A stretch of 64,000 nucleotides of DNA, taken from Candidatus Poribacteria bacterium. Its GTDB lineage: Bacteria; Poribacteria; WGA-4E; WGA-3G. Every line of letters begins with the position of its first letter. Position 1 is the stretch's first letter. Below the pieces are notes generated by a model. That model made no database searches, was not told the DNA's origin, and saw nothing but the letters and a program-made list of their open reading frames with translations. Positions 59,841 to 64,000 of this stretch are shown here, piece by piece. The position numbers and the translations under genes are program-made. The stretch is from contig OZ251518.1 of NCBI GenBank assembly GCA_965242965.1, forward strand, positions 1,312,001 through 1,376,000, given 5' to 3'.

Positions 59841-59864
59841 AAAACGGAGGTCCTTTCCTTATTA

Positions 59865-61766
59865 CTAACTCGCCCGATAGACTTCAACGATGTCCGTGAT
59901 AACACGCCGACGGTTCTTCCAATTCAGGCGCGCAGGTGGAATGAGATAGATACCGTCCACAGGCACGCTGTCTTGACTCCGAATCTCCTGAACCAGATCG
60001 AGCGTCAACTTCATTCCCAGTTCGTGCGCCGCTGTATCGCCGAGGTCGCGGAATTTATCAACGATGAACTGCGGGATATAAAGCCCCAGATTATCGCGTA
60101 GATAGGAGGCACTGCGAAAACCTGTCAAGGGAAGAATGCCGTAAAGGATTTTGATGCCGAGGTGTTCCGCCGCTTTCTGCGCACGCGCAATATCCTCAAA
60201 CGTCCAGACCGGTTGCGTATAGGCGAACTTTGCCCCCGCCGCCACCTTACTCGCCAGGTGCTTGACATGCGGGTTCAGGTTCTCCGCAATCGTAAAGCCG
60301 CCGCCGTAGTAAAACGCGCACGGTTCGCCGATTGACGAACCGTCGGCGAGTTCACCGCGATTCAGCCGGGCGATGAGTTTCATCAATTGCACCGCGCCGC
60401 GCACATCAGGCACGAGACTTGCAGTCTCATAAGGCCCCACCTTCGGATGGTCTCCTGAAAGTGCGACAATGCCTCGAATACCAAGGGTTTCTGCCTCTAA
60501 TAGGTGCGACTGCATGCTGATGAGGTTGCGCGAACGCGTCGTCCAATGGATGAGCGTCGGAATCTGCGTCGCCTGCTGCAGCCGATATGCCGTGCCTACC
60601 GCGCCGATATTCACCACCGCGCCGGAATTATCCGTTACATCAAACAGATCTACGCCGATAGCCGCTAAGGTTTTTGCCTCTTTGAGCAGTGCGCGCAATT
60701 GCGGGAACGTATTCGCGCGCGTCTCCACACTCACGATGCGTTCGCGCGTCTCAAATACCTGCTGGACAGGGTTTTCAATTGTCGGCAAGACAGCCCTGTC
60801 TCGATGCCGAATCCGGTGTGCTCTCGGCAGGACGAAAATGCGCGACTCGCGTTTGACAGGCGTTTTTCCGGGTGCCTGTCGCGCGACAGCCTGCCGAACC
60901 TTGGCGGTGTATTCTGGCGTTGTGCCGCAACAACCACCAATTATATTCGCGCCGAGTTCCACCAGTTTGCGCACGTAGTCGCTGAAAATCTCGGCATCGA
61001 CGGTGTAGGAGAGCGCGATTTCTCCCTGTTCCACCCTCGGATTGCCGGCGTTCGGTTGCACGACGAGCGGCACCTTAATAACAGGCGCGAGGAGCTCCAT
61101 GGCTTCCACCAGATCATGCGGGCCTCGGCAATTGATGCCAACAGCGTGCGCGCCGAGCTGCTCTAATTCTTGCGCGAAGACGCGCACATCAACACCTGCA
61201 CCAACGGTGCCTCCTGAAATGCCGCTAATTTCGGCGATGACCGGGACATCATAAGTGAGTGCCTGTTTCGTCGCGATTTTCGCCTGCTTCGGCGAGACGA
61301 ACGTCTCCAATAAAAGCAGATCTGCGCCTGCATCCACGAGGGCATCCATCTGCTCTCTGAAAAGTCGGCGAATCGTCTTAATAGTGGGTTCAGGCTGCGC
61401 GTGGAAGGGCAGCGGCCCCACCGAACCCGCTACGTAGCAGGTTTCCTCCGCGACTGCGCGAGCGAGTTGCACCCCGGCGCGATTAATCGCCGCAACTTGT
61501 TCTGCCAAGCCGTGGTGTGCCAACGCCTCTCTATTCGCCCGATAGGTGTTCGTCTGAATGATATCCGCACCCGCGTCGCGATAGGCACGATGGATTGCCT
61601 CCACGATAGGTGCGTAAGCGTCATCAATATTACAAGCATCGAGATACTGCAGATGCGCGGGGATACGTTTTCGGAGTTCCGTGCCGATGGCACCGTCGCA
61701 TATCAGAATTTGACGCGCGAGGGTTTCTAGGAAGTCGGTTTTGGAGAGTGGATTAGAAATCGCCAT
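59865..61766 (-). CDS. Bifunctional homocysteine S-methyltransferase / methylenetetrahydrofolate reductase (YitJ-like)
   Basis: DGAIGT, GADIIQTNT, GINC, PNAG, GGCCGTTP; MTHFR half DVTD, SGD, GAKFAYTQP; ATG 61766 preferred. Confidence 0.9.
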   Translation of the reverse strand: MAISNPLSKTDFLETLARQILICDGAIGTELRKRIPAHLQYLDACNIDDAYAPIVEAIHRAYRDAGADIIQTNTYRANREALAHHGLAEQVAAINRAGVQLARAVAEETCYVAGSVGPLPFHAQPEPTIKTIRRLFREQMDALVDAGADLLLLETFVSPKQAKIATKQALTYDVPVIAEISGISGGTVGAGVDVRVFAQELEQLGAHAVGINCRGPHDLVEAMELLAPVIKVPLVVQPNAGNPRVEQGEIALSYTVDAEIFSDYVRKLVELGANIIGGCCGTTPEYTAKVRQAVARQAPGKTPVKRESRIFVLPRAHRIRHRDRAVLPTIENPVQQVFETRERIVSVETRANTFPQLRALLKEAKTLAAIGVDLFDVTDNSGAVVNIGAVGTAYRLQQATQIPTLIHWTTRSRNLISMQSHLLEAETLGIRGIVALSGDHPKVGPYETASLVPDVRGAVQLMKLIARLNRGELADGSSIGEPCAFYYGGGFTIAENLNPHVKHLASKVAAGAKFAYTQPVWTFEDIARAQKAAEHLGIKILYGILPLTGFRSASYLRDNLGLYIPQFIVDKFRDLGDTAAHELGMKLTLDLVQEIRSQDSVPVDGIYLIPPARLNWKNRRRVITDIVEVYRAS

Positions 61767-61882
61767 ACTTCTGTTGGGAAGGTAGGCGCGCTTTGATGAA
61801 AATTCAGTAACAAAACGGAGTATCCGCAAAGTTATCCGTTTTAATGCTGAACCTTCATGCAAGCGCGCCTGAGGAGAACATC

Positions 61883-63556
61883 CTATTTAATCTGCTCCCC
61901 TGCACTTTCAGTCGGAATATAGTAATATCCGAAGATGATGCACATCTCGTCTTCAGACGAAAGCCCGAAACGGAGCGGCACAATCGTGTCGTAGTTGTTA
62001 TGCGTGCAACGGAACGTAAGCCCATCGTCCGATTCTAGGACGAGGCGCGGTTCAAACAGCGTAATCGGCGCATCGTCATACGCGACACTCCGATGCAACA
62101 GTTTGTCGGTGGACATCTGATCAATCTCAAACAACTCGCCGTGCCGATGCATGTGCGATGTGAGCAAAAAGACGTTCACCGCCGTATCCCGGGCGTGTCC
62201 TCGGCGTTCCAACTCATCTTCAATATACCAATCCATCGTGGCAACGCGTGTTTGGCCGGGCGGCACATTAATCTCCCGGTTCGAGACGAAAATCTCAACC
62301 GCCTCGTAACGCACCTCTTCCTCCGGAATCGTCCAGAGGTTGACGTAAGTTTCGCCGTAGAGGACATCATCGCCCAACAGGTTGATATAGTGCGAGTTCA
62401 GATCATAGACAGTGTCACCGGGGAGCCGGAGCGCGACACCGTCGGGAAAGTCAAACACGGTGTCATCGGTCTGCGTGCCGACGACGAAAAGCCTGTCAAT
62501 CCCGAAATTGCCGAGTGCCTGCGGGTCCGCCGTGTCAAGCACCCGGTATTTATTCGCATCTGCAGGATTCACGCCGATGCCGGGGACTACGCCGATCTCT
62601 GGAATACCGTTTACGATTCCTTCCTCTGTCAACCGATAGAGGATAAAGTGATGGCTGCCGGATGGATAGAAAATCTCAACTTTATTAATAAAGATGTCGC
62701 CGTCCACCGGTAACCCGTTCTCATCTCGGATCTGCGTTGCATAGAAGATCTCGCGTTCGGTGCCCGGTTCAATCTTAAAGGGCGGCAGGTGGAGCTGATA
62801 CCCCTGTCCCGGCGGTGGCGGTGCCGGCTTATCAAACGTTTCCTCCGGGTCGCGGAGGACAGAGAGATCGCCGATGCCAGAGAGAAGGGCATCTTCTGAA
62901 GCCCCCTCTTCAATCCATGTGCGAATTGCGTCTATCTTCGCCGCGTGGATAGAACCGGCATTGAACGGCATCTTCGCGCCGAATTCGGGTGCCGGCCCCA
63001 TCAACTTCGTCAAAAGGAAACTGTTATCAGGATTCCCCGGATCTACCAGTTTCATCCCTGCTGCCGCTGCGGCAGGGTTCTGTGGCGTGCGTCCGACGAG
63101 ATCTTGATAAGAGAGCCCATAGGTAAGATTTAAATTAGCGGAGTTCGCGGGGGCAGCGTGGCAGACGCTGTTCGCGCAACTCTTATCAAAAACGTAATCC
63201 TGAATGTCGTGGTACGTCGAATTGTCGACCTCGGCGGTTTCGCCGAAACTATTGCTGACACGCACCAGGTCAAGGACGTTGATGATGCCATCGCGATTGA
63301 CATCCGGGTTTGTTGCGGCGTTCCGGTCGGCGGCTTGCCCGAAGGAACCGGCGACAAGCACCAGGTCTTGGATATTGACTACGCCGTCTTTATTGACATC
63401 TTCTAGCAGCGTGGAAGCGTCACCGTGCCCGAACGCAATAGCGGGCGCGAAAACCACGCCAACAACGAGCAGTAGGAGGGACATCCCTGTCCCGATGCTT
63501 TCACGTAAGAGGGACATCCCTGTCCCGATAGTAGCCCCAAATTGTTTGAACATCAT
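61883..63556 (-). CDS. Exported dockerin-like + CX4CH cytochrome-like + copper type II monooxygenase-like protein
   Basis: DVNKDGVVNIQDL and DVNRDGIINVLDL; CANSVCH..MP..WI; GSHH, SHY, SHMH, DEMC; RBS GGAGG. Confidence 0.78.
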   Translation of the reverse strand: MMFKQFGATIGTGMSLLRESIGTGMSLLLLVVGVVFAPAIAFGHGDASTLLEDVNKDGVVNIQDLVLVAGSFGQAADRNAATNPDVNRDGIINVLDLVRVSNSFGETAEVDNSTYHDIQDYVFDKSCANSVCHAAPANSANLNLTYGLSYQDLVGRTPQNPAAAAAGMKLVDPGNPDNSFLLTKLMGPAPEFGAKMPFNAGSIHAAKIDAIRTWIEEGASEDALLSGIGDLSVLRDPEETFDKPAPPPPGQGYQLHLPPFKIEPGTEREIFYATQIRDENGLPVDGDIFINKVEIFYPSGSHHFILYRLTEEGIVNGIPEIGVVPGIGVNPADANKYRVLDTADPQALGNFGIDRLFVVGTQTDDTVFDFPDGVALRLPGDTVYDLNSHYINLLGDDVLYGETYVNLWTIPEEEVRYEAVEIFVSNREINVPPGQTRVATMDWYIEDELERRGHARDTAVNVFLLTSHMHRHGELFEIDQMSTDKLLHRSVAYDDAPITLFEPRLVLESDDGLTFRCTHNNYDTIVPLRFGLSSEDEMCIIFGYYYIPTESAGEQIK

Positions 63557-63702
63557 GAAAATTAACCTCCGGTTGTTCGCAAGGCGTTCCATCTCGGTTT
63601 TTAGTAGATGAACGTCTTGCTCCGTTTATCCGATATCAACATTGTTCGATTGTCGTTCAGTTGTCGATATCTCGGGTTTTTGTTATAGATTTTTGTCAAC
63701 CT

Positions 63703-64000
63703 CTAAAAAATCTTCGTTTTTGAAATGAACCGATACTTCAAGAGCGTCCACGCCGCAAACAAGCCGTCGGACCAGAAGCGGAGTTTTTTGCCCTCCTTTT
63801 TCGAGCGTGGAAAATAGGATACCGGCACTTCGTGGATGCGATACCCGGCGCGTAGCACCTTCGCCGTGACTTCGGGACAAAACTCAAACCCTTCGCACGT
63901 TAAATTGAGCTGCGTTATCAATTCGGTAGAAAACGCTTTGTAGCCGGTGGACTCATCGGTGATGCGGCATCCGTAGAGAACACGCGTCCAACCCGCAAGG
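63703..64000 (-). CDS. Glycosyltransferase family 2, C-terminal part (truncated by window edge)
   Basis: ITDESTGYKAF..GFEFCPEVTAK..EVPVSYFPRS..GKK..DG. Confidence 0.88.
   Translation of the reverse strand, partial: LAGWTRVLYGCRITDESTGYKAFSTELITQLNLTCEGFEFCPEVTAKVLRAGYRIHEVPVSYFPRSKKEGKKLRFWSDGLFAAWTLLKYRFISKTKIF

Noticed and set aside
1-64000. tRNA, rRNA, riboswitch or autonomous IS
   Set aside because: None recognisable by eye; tRNAscan-SE, Rfam and ISfinder searches would be needed to exclude them

Overview
Gene-dense bacterial chromosomal window. It is most consistent with a Candidatus Poribacteria-like genome (inference from the LamG, TolB-repeat and dockerin exported proteins sharing a C-terminal TxWGxxK tail). 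Content: (i) housekeeping and metabolic genes (MFS, two enolase-superfamily enzymes, SMP-30, O-methyltransferase, PLP aminotransferase, MBL hydrolase, SixA, SDR, YitJ-like HMT/MTHFR, GT2 fragment); (ii) an mfd-PPIase-PPIase-surA-lptD envelope operon whose LptD carries a ~470-aa parvulin-PPIase insert inside the barrel; (iii) many defence genes: four beta-class DNA MTase::Mrr-like nuclease fusions (a tandem pair differing mainly in the target-recognition segment), two Mrr nucleases, a solo Mrr_N, a Mrr_N::DUF433/PIN toxin-antitoxin pair, a RelE/XRE pair, a Type IIG/ISP-like R-M enzyme and an orphan Rad50/SbcC-like ATPase with a small partner; (iv) a tandem array of TolB-like propellers; (v) roughly 9 kb (my approximate sum) of GTAG/ATAG REP-like palindromes, some in composite elements with GAGGGTGTTTCATAA ends. 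REPs have inserted in-frame into proteins and coincide with start and stop codons. No rRNA, tRNA, CRISPR array or transposase was recognised. All calls come from reading the sequence by eye; no searches were run.
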